Shown: in pieces, positions 1 through 11,720 of the stretch
Numbering within the stretch: position 1 is the first letter of the stretch
Layout of the letters: the number at the start of each line of letters is the position of its first letter
DNA from: Geosiphon pyriformis uo1
Lineage: Eukaryota > Fungi > Glomeromycota
NCBI GenBank assembly: GCA_016748015.1
Contig: JAAOMT010000727.1
Span: 282,203 to 346,202, forward strand
Direction of reading: 5' to 3'
DNA length: 64,000 nt
Program-made: the position numbers and the translations under genes
Notes under the pieces: generated by a model
What the model was told of the DNA's origin: nothing
The model's input: the letters and a program-made list of their open reading frames with translations, nothing else
Databases searched by the model: none

Positions 1-2680
1 TAATGTTTTTACCAAGATCTTTTTTTCGTTTTAAAAATTATTAAAGCTTCATATTTAGGATCAAGTGTTAATTTAAATTATCTATTAAATTATTGGTTTT
101 TTTTGATAATAATAATGTTTTTTGTATACAAAAACTTTTAAATTTAGATGCTAATTTTAATGTTATTAAATCTGTATTATTTAAGATAAGAAAGTTTTAT
201 TGTGTATTTAAGCTTGCTAAATCTCAAAAAGCTAAAGATACAATAATTAAGACTAGTATTAATAAACAAATAAAAGATTTTAAGATTAATAAAAATCATA
301 TTATCAGAAATATTTTAAAATATCTTTTTTGGAAAATGGTTTTGAATTATTTAGTTGTTAATAATAAACTGGTTTTAAATTCTAATAAGATTAAATTTAA
401 GTTAGATATTCTTAAAAAAAGACATAGATGTTAATAATTTTCTAACTATATAAATAAGAAAAAGTTTTAATTAATATTAAACCTATTGTTTTAATTAAAA
501 CTATATAAAAAATTCTTTTTAATAAGATTTTTTTGGCTTTTAATACTTTTAATATTCTTTATAAAGATAATTTTTTTGTTTTAAAAAGTATTACAACTCA
601 ATTTTTAATTTTTGTGGTTGAATTTGTAATAAAAAATACTTTGAAAAAGAATTATAAACTCTAATTAGTTTTATAAAATATATATAAAACATACAACTTA
701 ATTAATTAACATTAATTGAAAAATAGTTTTGTTTAAGTTAAGTTATGTTTTAAGTTTATTAGATTTTTTAAAAGTATTTACAATAATAAACTTAATTGTA
801 TTATAACAAACTATAGTTTGACTAATGAGTATTATATATATAATAGTTTAGACCAAGATAAAATATTTTTTTCACTTTTTTGACAAATTTTTTATGATCT
901 TTTTTTGTGTAAAGTTAAAAGACAAAAAGTTTGTGTAACTATTAAATTAATATTAAGTTTTTTACCAATATCAAACAAGTCAAATACCAAATCAATTTAA
1001 TTTTTTTTCTTGTTACTAAAGCTTTTATTAATAATTTAATTTAGATAAAAAACAATTAAACTGCTATTTAATATATTTTAGATATTACAAATAAGTTTTT
1101 TTAAGTTAATAATATCTTAAGTAATAATAAGACAAAATAAGTGTTTTTTTATTATTAATTAGCAGCTTACTGATATTAATAGCCAAAAAAAATAAATTTT
1201 ACAAATATTCAAATATTTTTTTATTATTAAATAGTTTATTTAAACTTAGTTTGATTAAAATATACTTAAATATCAAATTTTTGCTAATATAGTATTAAAA
1301 AAGTTATTTTAAATAAACAGTTTTTATATTTGGTTTTGGCTATTTTACAGTTTATTATTAGTATAAAATATAGTTTAGTTTTATTTTTAAGAATATATAT
1401 AATAAATAAAATATTTTAATAAAAAAAATTTGAAGTTAAAATTTGATTTTTTAAAAAACTTTTTAAATAATGCTATTTATTACTTATTTAATATAACTTA
1501 AAAATTTTTAAATAGGTACAAATTAAAAATAAGATGACATTAATAGTTAATTTTTTGAATGCTAATAATATTCTTAATTGCTTATTTAATTATAGATTTC
1601 TGAATTTACAAGTTTTAAATTGGTTTTTTAATTATTTTTTGTAGTTTTTTGTTTATTTAAAAATCAATTTTGTTGACAATTTTTTGGTTGAAATTGTAAA
1701 AATTTTCTAGAAGTACAATATTTTTTTACATTTAATTTTTTTTTAATCTTTTATTTTTTTAGCAGAATTTTAATGTTTTTTACTTATTTAAGAAATTTGA
1801 TATTGCTTTTATTAAGTAGTTTTATACTAAGAAAAAATATATTTTTAACTGAAAAAATATTATTGTTAAAAAAAAAGATTTTTAAAAACCAGTTTTTATT
1901 GGTTTAATTTAATAATTACTTATCTAAATAATATAGCTTTTTATTATACTACTTTATTTTTAGTTATAAGCTATTAGTTGTTTAATGTTTTTAGTTTTAA
2001 TGAATTTTTAGTAATAAAAAAGAGTTTGTTTAATGTCAATTTAAATGTTTTAATATTTACATTAATAATTTTTTGAGAAATTTAAATTTTTTTAATATAA
2101 AAAATAGTATTACTGTATTTTTTTAAGAATTTAAATTTAGTTATTAGTATTAAAATATATAGATTAGTTTTTTTTATATTGGCTAAATTACAATTATTGT
2201 ATTAGTTTTCAAATATATTTTTTTTTATGTAATTATGATAAATTTAAACAGTTAAGTTGTTTTAAATATATTTTTATCTAAATTGGTCTTATTTGATTTT
2301 TGTAATTATTATTAACTGAAAAGATATTATATTTTAAACATAATTAAAAATTAAAACTTATTTAGATATTTTAAATAATAATAAAGCTAATAAGTTTACA
2401 AGTACTATATTTTTTTTAAATTTAATACTACTAATTTAAATTTATAAAAATATTTTAAGATTAATAATATGGCTATTTTAAAAAATATTTAGTATTTTGT
2501 TTATAATATTTTTAAAATTGTCAATTATATTTGCTAAAAAATTAAATTAATATTAAAATTTTAAATAATTATTTATTAAAAAATATTAATTAAGTTAGAT
2601 TATTTCTAATTTGGTATTTTAATTTATATATAATTTCTGGTTTTATAATTAAATTTACTGCTGATTTGTATTTATATTTT
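1..2680 (+). pseudogene. Extremely AT-shifted relic of LINE ORF2 (RT to RNase H region)
   Basis: ORF 93-434 (VFKLAKS...NHIIRNILKYLFWKMVLNYLVV) is colinear with LINE ORFs at 43582-44025(-). Later segments match the RT (GLDQD-like at ~847, FINNLI for FVDDTI at ~1024) and RNase H regions. Many stops. Confidence 0.8.
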
Positions 2681-3599
2681 TATTATAATAAAATTAAATT
2701 CTTTAATTATTTTTTTTTATGTAAAATAAATTTTAATACTTGTAAATAACTGTTAAATTTACATATTACTCTTTAAAAATTTATGTTAAATTTATAAGAA
2801 TTATTATTATGTATATTATAAAGATTTTTTTATACATATTTAATAATACAATATATATAATTTTAAGTAAAAATTTTATTTTTAAAGAATAATACCAAGA
2901 ATTTTTCTTTGTTTTTGAAAATACTAAAATTATTGTTTATAAAATTGTGAATTTTGTGTATAGTTTTAAAATAATTTATTAAAAAAAATTTAACTAGTCT
3001 ATTTTAAATTCAAGATAATTATAAAAAAAATAGACTAATATTTTTTAATAGTTTTATACATTCTATAACTAGTGATTTATCTTTTTTGTTTTTTAATAAT
3101 ATTATAAAATTACTTGAAATTATTAAAATATTTAACATGAGTTTTAATATACATAAATTGTGTTTATTTTTTTTAAGTATTAATAATATAATATTGTCTT
3201 ATTTGGTTTAAATAACTAATTATATATAGAAAATATATAATTTAAATTACTTAATTTAATATATTATTTAACATAATATTTAAGTTTTATTTATTAAAAA
3301 AAAGTAATTTAAATATTAAAAATATAAAATAAATTTGTTAATTTATATAAAATAAAAGTTTTTGATAAAATATACAAGTTTAATAGTTTAAAATAAATTA
3401 CAAAAAAAATATTATTTATATATAATAAAATAATTTTTATTTAATTATATATAATTATATAAAATATAATTAAACTACAATTATTATTTTTTTTAAATAA
3501 TACAATTTTTGTGCAAATTAACATAATATAAAAAAGTTTTAAATATTATTTTTATAATAACTAATAAAATTTTAACAAAAAAAATTTTTTCTATTGTCT

Positions 3600-4150
3600 A
3601 AACAATTAAACAAAATATTTTGGCAATATTTTTTTTAAATATTAATAATAAAAAGCTGTTTTTATAGCTTTTAAAACATATTTTTACTTTTAATTAGTAG
3701 TTTTTTTCTAATTAAAATCTTTTCTAAGAAATATATTTAAGTTAGTTTTAGTATTGTTTTTATTTTCTTCAAAAACCCAAAAATATTCAACAATAAGCCA
3801 GTTAATAAGCTGATTTTTTATTATTATTATTAATACTACTACTATTTTTTTACAAATAACCAGAAAAACCAAAAAATCAAAAAAACAGCAGTTACTTATA
3901 TTTACTGTTGTTATATTGACTTTTTTTATAGTTTTAAATAAGATTTTAGATATAATTTCTTTAGCAGCAATCAGTTTTTTTTCTAATATAAACAATAATA
4001 ACAATAATATGTCTTTTATAATAAGCCAAAATTAATTATTAGTTGTATTACCAAATATAATGTCTTTTAACAAATTATTGCTAGTTTTAAAACCAAAACA
4101 ATTTATTAAATTACTTAATCTTAAAAATTAGACTGATTAAATAAAAACTA
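3600..4150 (+). pseudogene. Relic of the 5' part of an ORF1-only LINE-like element
   Basis: Nucleotide and peptide similarity to 17263-18035(-) (KSPKMFNNRPVNKLIF, PENWADQMETE); ends abruptly at Gypsy pol sequence. Confidence 0.65.
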
Positions 4151-4499
4151 AAACAAAATTTTGAGTCCAATAAACAAGTCTGCTTGGAACATAATATTTT
4201 GATCCCAAACATTTATATTCCAGAAGAAACAAAAAAAGTCCAAGTTACTTTTTACAACCCCAATAATTACTCCATAATTTTATTAACTAATTTAGAAATT
4301 GGAGTTATTCACAGTAATATATTTTAACAAGAATTACCCCAAACAGTCCCCGATTTCTCTGAAATTATTGGACATTTACTACCAAAAATCAACCCAAACC
4401 CTAGCTCTGAAAACTACCATATTGTCATAGAAAAACTATCTTAACATAGGACAACTTGAACCACAACAACGGAGCCAGCTCAAGGAGCTAATTGCAGAA

Positions 4500-5848
4500 T
4501 TTGTTGATATCTTTGCTGAAAACAACAATGACTTAGGAAAAACCGATTTGGTCCGACACCAAATTTATATAGGAGATGCCAAACCAAGAAGACAACAAGC
4601 ATATCGAGTTGCTCCAGAAAGCCACCAATTCATCTGAGAAGAAGTACAACAAATGCTTAACAATGGGCTCATCCAACTCTCCATGAGTCCTTGGACTTCA
4701 CCTGTAATGCTAGTTAAAATAAAAATGGAAAGATACAATTTTGTGTTGACTATTGACAACTCAACAGTATTACAATTGGAAATGCCTACCCCCTTCCCTG
4801 AATTGATGACATGTTAAATGCCCTTGGAAAATCCAAATACTTTTCAACACTAGATTTAGAAAGCAGTTACTGGCAAGTTGCTATGGATCCCAAAGATTGC
4901 CCCAAAACAGCATTTACCACTCAAAGCAGAAATTATGAGTTCAATATAATGCTTTTCGGATTATGCAATGCACCAGCAACATTTCAGAGATTAATAGATA
5001 TTGTGTACCAAGGACTTTTTTGGAAGTCAGTAGTTGTTTATCTTGATGATACTGATATTTATTCTCCATCATTCAAATTACACTTAAAACATCTGTGAGA
5101 AGTTTTTCAACAATTACGAAAAACAGAACTAAAACTCAATATCAAAAAATGCTATTTTGGAAAAACAAGTCTGGCCTTTCTTGGTCATATTGTTAGTAAA
5201 GATGGAATCAAACCAGACCCTAGAAAAATCAGCATTGTCAAAAACTTCAAAACTCCTCGAAATACTACAGAACTAAGAGGATTCATAGGATTAGCATCCT
5301 ACTATCAGAAGTTTATCAAAAAATTCTCAGAAATTGCAAAACCCCTTAACCAGCTCACTACCAAAAATGTTGAATACAAATGGACTACCAAACACCAAAA
5401 AGCTTTTGAAATTCTCAAGGAAAAACTGACAACAGCTCCAATCCTCACCTACCCAGATTTCAGCAACTGATTTTGACTAGCTACAGATGCTTCATATACT
5501 GCCTTTGGTGTCATCTTATCACAACTAGATGACAACAGAAATGAGCGAGTAATTGCTTATGCTAGCAGAACATTAAAACCAGCTGAGAAAAACTACCCTG
5601 CCACAGAACTAGAAACAGCAACTGTAATTTGGGCCTTACACCACTTTAACCTTTATTTCAGGCTTAAGGAATTCGATATTATCACTGATAATATTGGACT
5701 CAAATGGCTTCAAAACAAAAATACTTAGCTGAATGCAAAACAAACCTGATGGACAGGATTTCTAGCAAACTATCGATACATAGTACATCACAAACCAGGA
5801 AAACTTCACACCAATGTTGACTGTTTCTCCAAAATGAGACAAGATTAG
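4500..5848 (+). pseudogene. pol: Element A reverse transcriptase and RNase H
   Basis: FSTLDLESSYWQ, PKTAFTT, FGLCNAPATFQR, VYLDD; RNase H ATDAS...YASRTL...HKPGKLHTNVDCFSK; internal stops. Confidence 0.93.
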
Positions 5849-5899
5849 AAAACACAAAAACCAACACTTAACTTAACCAACCAAAAGAGCCAACAAACA

Positions 5900-7285
5900 A
5901 TGAATTCGGAAAACTACAACGATCTCAAACAATATTTGAAAACATTAACAATCCCAACAAATTGGTCTCCAGATAAAAAACATTGACTACAACAACAAGC
6001 CAAACAATATTTTCTACACAACAACATTATTTATTATCAAAATTTCAAAAACCCAGACAAACCACTCAGATTAATACAAGAACAGGAAAAAGAGACTATA
6101 TTATACAACATGCACTCAGATCTTTCATCAGCACACTTTGGAAAAGACAGCACCACCCAAAGAACACTAGAATACTACTTTTGGCCTCGAATGAGAAAAG
6201 ACATTCATGAATATGTCGAATCTTGTAATAGTTGTCAAAGAAGAGGAGAAACTCGCCCTATAGAACTTTTAAACCCAATTAAAGTTGGACAGCCTTTTGA
6301 CAGAGTTGGTATCAATTTAGTTGGACCACTACCTATTACAAACCAAGGAAACTGTTATATTGCAGTAGCCATAGACTATTTCACCAAATGGCCTGAAGTC
6401 AGAGCCATTCAATGAACAGATGCAAAATCAGTAGCACTTTTCATCTATGAAGACATCATTTGTAGACATAGATGCCCAATAGAACTTTTATCTAATCAAG
6501 GAACACATTTCATGAACAATTTAATCCAGGAAATTTGTGGACAATTTAATGTCAAGAGACCATTATCTTCACCCTACCATCTACAAACAAATGGACTTGT
6601 AGAACGTTTCAATAGAACATTGTGTAAATCATTAGCCAAAGTTTCAACCGATTTTGAGCAAGAATGGGATCTCTTTATTCCATCAGTGTTACTAGCATAT
6701 AGGACACTAAAACAAAATACCACGAAACACACACCATTTGATTTAACTTATGGAAAGATGGCAATGTTACCAATTAGTTTCACAGTGGAAACATACCCAG
6801 CACAACCAATCAATGAAAACAATTTCCAGGAAACGTTTCAGCGAAGAGCCTACACTTTGCTTAGCACATTGGAAGGAAAACAACGAATAGCAGCCACCCA
6901 TATTAAACACTCCCAAGCTCAACAAAAAGAATGGCATGATAACAAATTGCCTCCAGTCACCAATGAATTTAAAATTGAAAACAAAGTTCTCTTACACAGA
7001 ACTAAAGCTGAAAAACAATGGAGTGGAAAATTTGAAAATAAATGGAATGGACCATTTTTTATTCATGAAGTCCTAAGCAATGGATCATACAAGCTAAGAC
7101 TTGATGACAAAATTCTAGCAAAAGTTGCACATAGAAATCATTTGAAACACTATAATTCCAGAAACAATCTTGAACCATTAATTCTACAAATTAGTACACA
7201 TTCTTCTTTAATCAATCCCAAAGACATTCCCCAAAATTTAGAACCAATAGTTGTTATTGAACAGCCTTTTAACTTGAACACTTAA
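5900..7285 (+). pseudogene. Element A integrase (separate ORF, one internal stop)
   Basis: HHCC (MH...HFG...CNSC), DDE core (DYFTKWPE, SNQG, NGLVERFNRTL), GPY/F motif (KWNGPF); ATG at 5900. Confidence 0.92.
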
Positions 7286-7406
7286 TTTAAATTTATTATT
7301 ATAGTTATCTTTTTATAATTTAGAAACAATCTCACAAAAACAAAACAAAAATAACATAAAAACTCATACACCAAAAATAATTTTCTTTTATTTCAAATTG
7401 CTTATA

Positions 7407-8126
7407 ATGACTATTCCTCAAAACATTCAACAATTATCCCAAAAACTAATGTTAGCTTTAAAAACAATACCCGAATTATCCATTACTATTACTGGAAACC
7501 ACATTAATTATACCCAAACAGAAGTAGTTACAAATTTAGCCCCAAATTCACGAAAATATTACCCATATAAGAAGAACACAAGAAGTTATACTAGAATTCA
7601 CCTGCCAGAACTTTTAAAGCTTGCTTTAAAAGAAAACCTAATGCTCACTCTGATTAGTATTTCACCAAATGCTACAATTCAACAAAGACTTCAACTGTGT
7701 CTCAAGAAGGAAAACACTGAATATCCTCCAATCTATAGATATTTCTACATCGGAAAAACACTCTACGAACAAAAACTGAAACTTACAACAGCAAACCTCA
7801 CAAAAAAAGCCATTCAGAAACAACTTCACAATGAATTCAAGACAACAGCTGGATTAACAAACAGTCACTACAGGCTCAAAGCTGCTCTTAGACTTTATGA
7901 CCTATTCCACATCTGTGAAAATGTACTACAAAACCCAATTTTTCAATTTTTGAAGATTCAATACATTAGAAAGCTCACAGAACTGAAATTTCAACAATTT
8001 TCAGACCAAATTTCTTCAATAATTTTGGATTATTATCTGGAAATGACAGACAGTACTTGGACTTTGATGGAGCTCAGTCTTGAGAAGGAAGTTATGTTAC
8101 TAGACAAAATTAAAGATATTATTTAG
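7407..8126 (+). CDS. Element A ORF3, unknown function, intact reading frame
   Basis: About 240 aa open frame between IN and the 3' LTR; homologues at 29154-29861, 39185-39919 and 51391-52020. Confidence 0.75.
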   Translation: MTIPQNIQQLSQKLMLALKTIPELSITITGNHINYTQTEVVTNLAPNSRKYYPYKKNTRSYTRIHLPELLKLALKENLMLTLISISPNATIQQRLQLCLKKENTEYPPIYRYFYIGKTLYEQKLKLTTANLTKKAIQKQLHNEFKTTAGLTNSHYRLKAALRLYDLFHICENVLQNPIFQFLKIQYIRKLTELKFQQFSDQISSIILDYYLEMTDSTWTLMELSLEKEVMLLDKIKDII

Positions 8127-9068
8127 CATGAAATTATCTTATAATTCCTATCATTAATTAGCATATATTATCATTTCAAATTATCACTTATTACATTAGC
8201 AAAAATGTCCAAAATTATCATTTAATTAATAACCCAAATTGTACACAACACAAATGTAACCTAATTGCGATGATCAATCATGCAATACCCCAAACTACGT
8301 AATATTCAAAAGTTCGCTGAAATTTGTAGAAATTTGCCAAAATAATTGATAGTTCACTGAAATATCTAATAGTTCACAGAAATAACTTGTAGTTCACCAA
8401 AATGTATCTTTAGTTCAGCAAAATTGTAGAAAATAGTAAAGTTCAAGTTCATAGAATAGTGTTACAACAAGTTGTATAAAAGAAGAGCTTCTTTCTTCGA
8501 GAAAATGTATTTTACTTTAAATTTATCACTTAGAACTACTCCTACACACACAAAAAGAAATAAATATAAAATAATTCAAAAAACCAAAAACTCTTTAATT
8601 ATTGCACTTGGAAAATTCTCAAAACTCAACTAACGTTTTGAAATTGATTAGCTACCAATTTCAATAAACTGTTAGTAACTCCAGGCCTGGATTGAAAACA
8701 TCTCTCTTGACAGAATTCTATTTCTTTTACATTTTTTTATTTTCTTTTTTTCTTACTATAATCATTAAGGTTACAGACAAGATTCCTGTAGAAGAATTGA
8801 CTTTTACAGCAAAGTAACTACACATTTTTAGTGAGCTTCCAGACGAGCATTTCTTAAGAAAGAGTTGATATTTACTACAATGTAACTACATAAAGCAACT
8901 GGCATGGAATTGGCCATTTCACTCATAAGCTCAGCAAGTTCAAATTATAGGAGATAATTTGAAGATAAATTCAGTTACTGGAGGTCCAACTACTTCTTGG
9001 AAACATAAATTCACAGCAAACAAGCATCAACAACATTCAAAAAAAAAGACCAAAAACCTCTGGTAACA
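8095..9068 (+). repeat. 3' LTR of element A
   Basis: TGTTACTAG...CTGGTAACA termini, preceded by purine tract GAGAAGGAAG; homologous to 20896-21896, 29842-30852 and 47993-48965; TATA-like TATAAAA at ~8475. Confidence 0.93.
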
Positions 9069-11232
9069 ACGTGTTGGAGGATGCTACTGTACAAATCTCT
9101 AATAAATTGGTTTAGAATTTGTGGTGCTGTAAAATAGTCAGCCTGAATTGCTTGAATTTGGCGCAGGTTCCTGTAGAAGCGTTCTAAGTAAGTAGTGACT
9201 GCTTCATTTTCTCCTTGTTTGATATCATGAGTCAGCAGTATCCTAAAGAAAATAGGGAATGGCCTACATGGTTCTGGCATCATTCTATCCATTGGCTGCA
9301 ATGGCTTTTTCCACATCATTTAGCCATACTTGGGCATTGTTCTTTTCACCAGTGAATTTTTCAATTTTGGCAATAGAAGCATATGTTATTGGTGCTACAA
9401 TGTGTTATTGTGGTGGTGGAAGCGGCTGTTGTGGTTGTTGGGATGGTTGAAGTGGCTGTGGTTGAATTAGTTCAATAATCAGTTTAATTGGTGGTTGATT
9501 TATGATGATATTTGGAGGTAAGTTTGGTTGATTGATTAAATTGGGGTTTAAAATATTCTAATTCTGCAGTGTTTGAATATTTGGAGTTTTGATTTCCAAA
9601 TTTTCTTGATTTGTATTTTTTGGAGTTTGAGATTCTTTTTCTTCTTTTGATTTTGATGCTTCCCATGGATTGGCTATTCCAAAATCTGGTGAAGGTGGTG
9701 ATGATTGGATTCTTGATGGCATTGGTGTTCACAATTGAAATCCTTCAAAATATTTGCTGTATAGACTTAGTAATTCTGTTTTTTTTTGTTTATTTTGGAA
9801 TGGAAATTGTCCAAATATTAATGTCACATTTAATGTGGACATGTTTGGTAATGTGATATGGATGGCACTTCCCAGAGTATAATAATATGATGGATTTGTG
9901 AGTGATTCAACTCTGTGTTTTTTCCAAATAAGTGGTTGAATTCATTGAAATATTACTATTGGTGTTTGTAGTTTTTCTTTGCCTTTACTTAAGTAAGTGA
10001 TTGGGTATCATTGTTGTGTGTGATGTTCAATTTCTTTGTTAATCTCAATAATGATAGATGCAAAATTATGATTTGTTGGTAAGCTGGTGTTTTGTATTAA
10101 TTTGTGGTAGAAAGTTTCTCTCGCTGATTCAGTATTTACTAATGTTTCTAACAAATAGGCAATTTATTCATTGACATAGAAATTGAAGGCTGATTCTGCT
10201 AATATATGATTGTGATTTAATCCCAAGTGTTAACAGTAGTGTTGAAATAAGGATTTTGTGAATCCTAAATGGTTTGCTCCTATACTTTCTGATTCTGCCA
10301 CTGTTGATTTGTTGTTGGTGCTGGTTTTTTGTAGGATTATACCTCACAGGGAGCACCAAATGTTACAGATGATTATTTGGAATCTCAGATCAAATAACAG
10401 ATCTGTAACTTAGTGCTCAATATTTTGACAAGGCTGGTGACACTGGTATGTTGGTTGTATTTGAAGATTTTGGAGTTCTTTGTATAATAAACAGAGATTT
10501 AATTGATGGTTTTATTCATAGCTTCCTGAAATCACAGTTTTATCAAATTTTTTTCTCAGCGTGGTGGCCGGTAATCCTTCTGGTAAGCTATTCTTAAATC
10601 TATAAGTGTTCTACCCTTGTTTCATGGGTCTTTTACCAGTATATATGACATCTATATCTCAGTGCTTAATCCTTAATTAATTTTAGTAAAACCAAAAAAA
10701 TAACAAAAAAAATAAAAGAAAATAAAAGAAAATAAAGAAAATAACAAAAAACAATTACAAGTTAGTATCCCGTCAATAGCTGTGATCAAGAGTTATTGTT
10801 CCAGTATAGTTAAGTATTAATTATTATCAACATAAAGTATTGATAGTAGAGAATGGATTGAGATAGTGAATGATTATTTATTAATATTTTGTGAATTGGA
10901 AAGTTGCTTAAATGAAATCTAAACTGAGAGGTCTTCTAACTAAGGATTCTGCTTTTTTCTACTTTTAACACTACTGCTATATATACATAATTGAGATTCC
11001 TCAATTTCTCGATTCTTCACTTCAGAAATCCTGAAATTCCTGGAATTCTGCAATTCCTTTTGAGAGGAATCCTGAAATTCTGAAATCCTGTGATTCCTTG
11101 CATGGAAAATCCTGAAATTCCTGGAATCCTGCAATTCCTCTTGAGAGGAATCCTGAAATTTCACATTTACTATGGCTACTTTTGATTGGCTATTTCATAT
11201 GCTACTATATTTTTTATATTCTATGAGTAATA
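9069..11232 (-). mobile_element. Ty3/Gypsy element B, 5' LTR, PBS and partial gag (family of G and H)
   Basis: gag begins as in H (AESESIGANHLGF) and breaks at ...SSILQHV where A inserted; PBS at 10343-10360; LTR 10361-11232. Confidence 0.88.
10361..11232 (-). repeat. 5' LTR of element B
   Basis: Homologous to 57363-58237; CAGGAATT/CAGGATTCC-type short repeats at 11025-11160; minus-strand end TGTAACA abuts the PBS. Confidence 0.88.
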
Positions 11233-11720
11233 TTATACTTGTTTTTTTTTGTTCTTCTAATTTTTATTGTTATTAATACTTTGTTGTTGTTATTTTTGAG
11301 TCTAAAAAAATATTAAAGCTTACTATAGTAAAAATTAGTACTCTGTATAAATATTATATCTAATAAAAAACTTTTTGATACTATTATTATTATAAGTATT
11401 AAAATCTGGATTATTTGTTTGTTAACTATAAAATATTATTATTTTTGTCTTTTAAACTGTCTTCCAAATTTGTGGTTGATTTCAAGCTTTTTGTATTATT
11501 TTTTGTTAATAACAAGTCTTATATTATGGTTTTTGTCTTTTTGGCTTTACTTTTTGTTATTTTTTTAGTTACTACAGCTATTAATTTTGTTATTTAATTT
11601 AGATTAGATTTTTTAAAATCTTAGATTTCAAGTTTGGCTGTTTTGGTAAAGTTTATTATTAAATTTATTGGTTTTTTGATTGCTTTAGTAACTTTTTTTG
11701 TATTTAAAAATATGTGAAAG
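11233..11720 (+). pseudogene. Relic of the 3' part of ORF1 of the ORF1-only LINE-like family
   Basis: Colinear with 15256-16700(-); the CCHC knuckle position reads Y-x2-Y-x4-Y-x4-Y at 11388-11429. Confidence 0.7.

Larger units (their letters stand above)
4150..9068 (+). mobile_element. Ty3/Gypsy LTR retrotransposon A, 5'-truncated (same family as C and F)
   Basis: RT-RH-IN order, PPT and 3' LTR; colinear with C from 25860 onward; right flank lies in gag of element B. Confidence 0.92.

Noticed and set aside
5846-5848. Stop after RNase H in A as a simple CAG>TAG decay
   Set aside because: Plausible for A alone because it is in frame, but the same codon is a stop in C, D and G, where IN is out of frame.
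7150-7285. Chromodomain at the integrase C-terminus
   Set aside because: Only about 45 aa follow the GPY/F region, with no YLVKW-type motif.
7407-8126. ORF3 as env
   Set aside because: No signal peptide or transmembrane segment, and too short.
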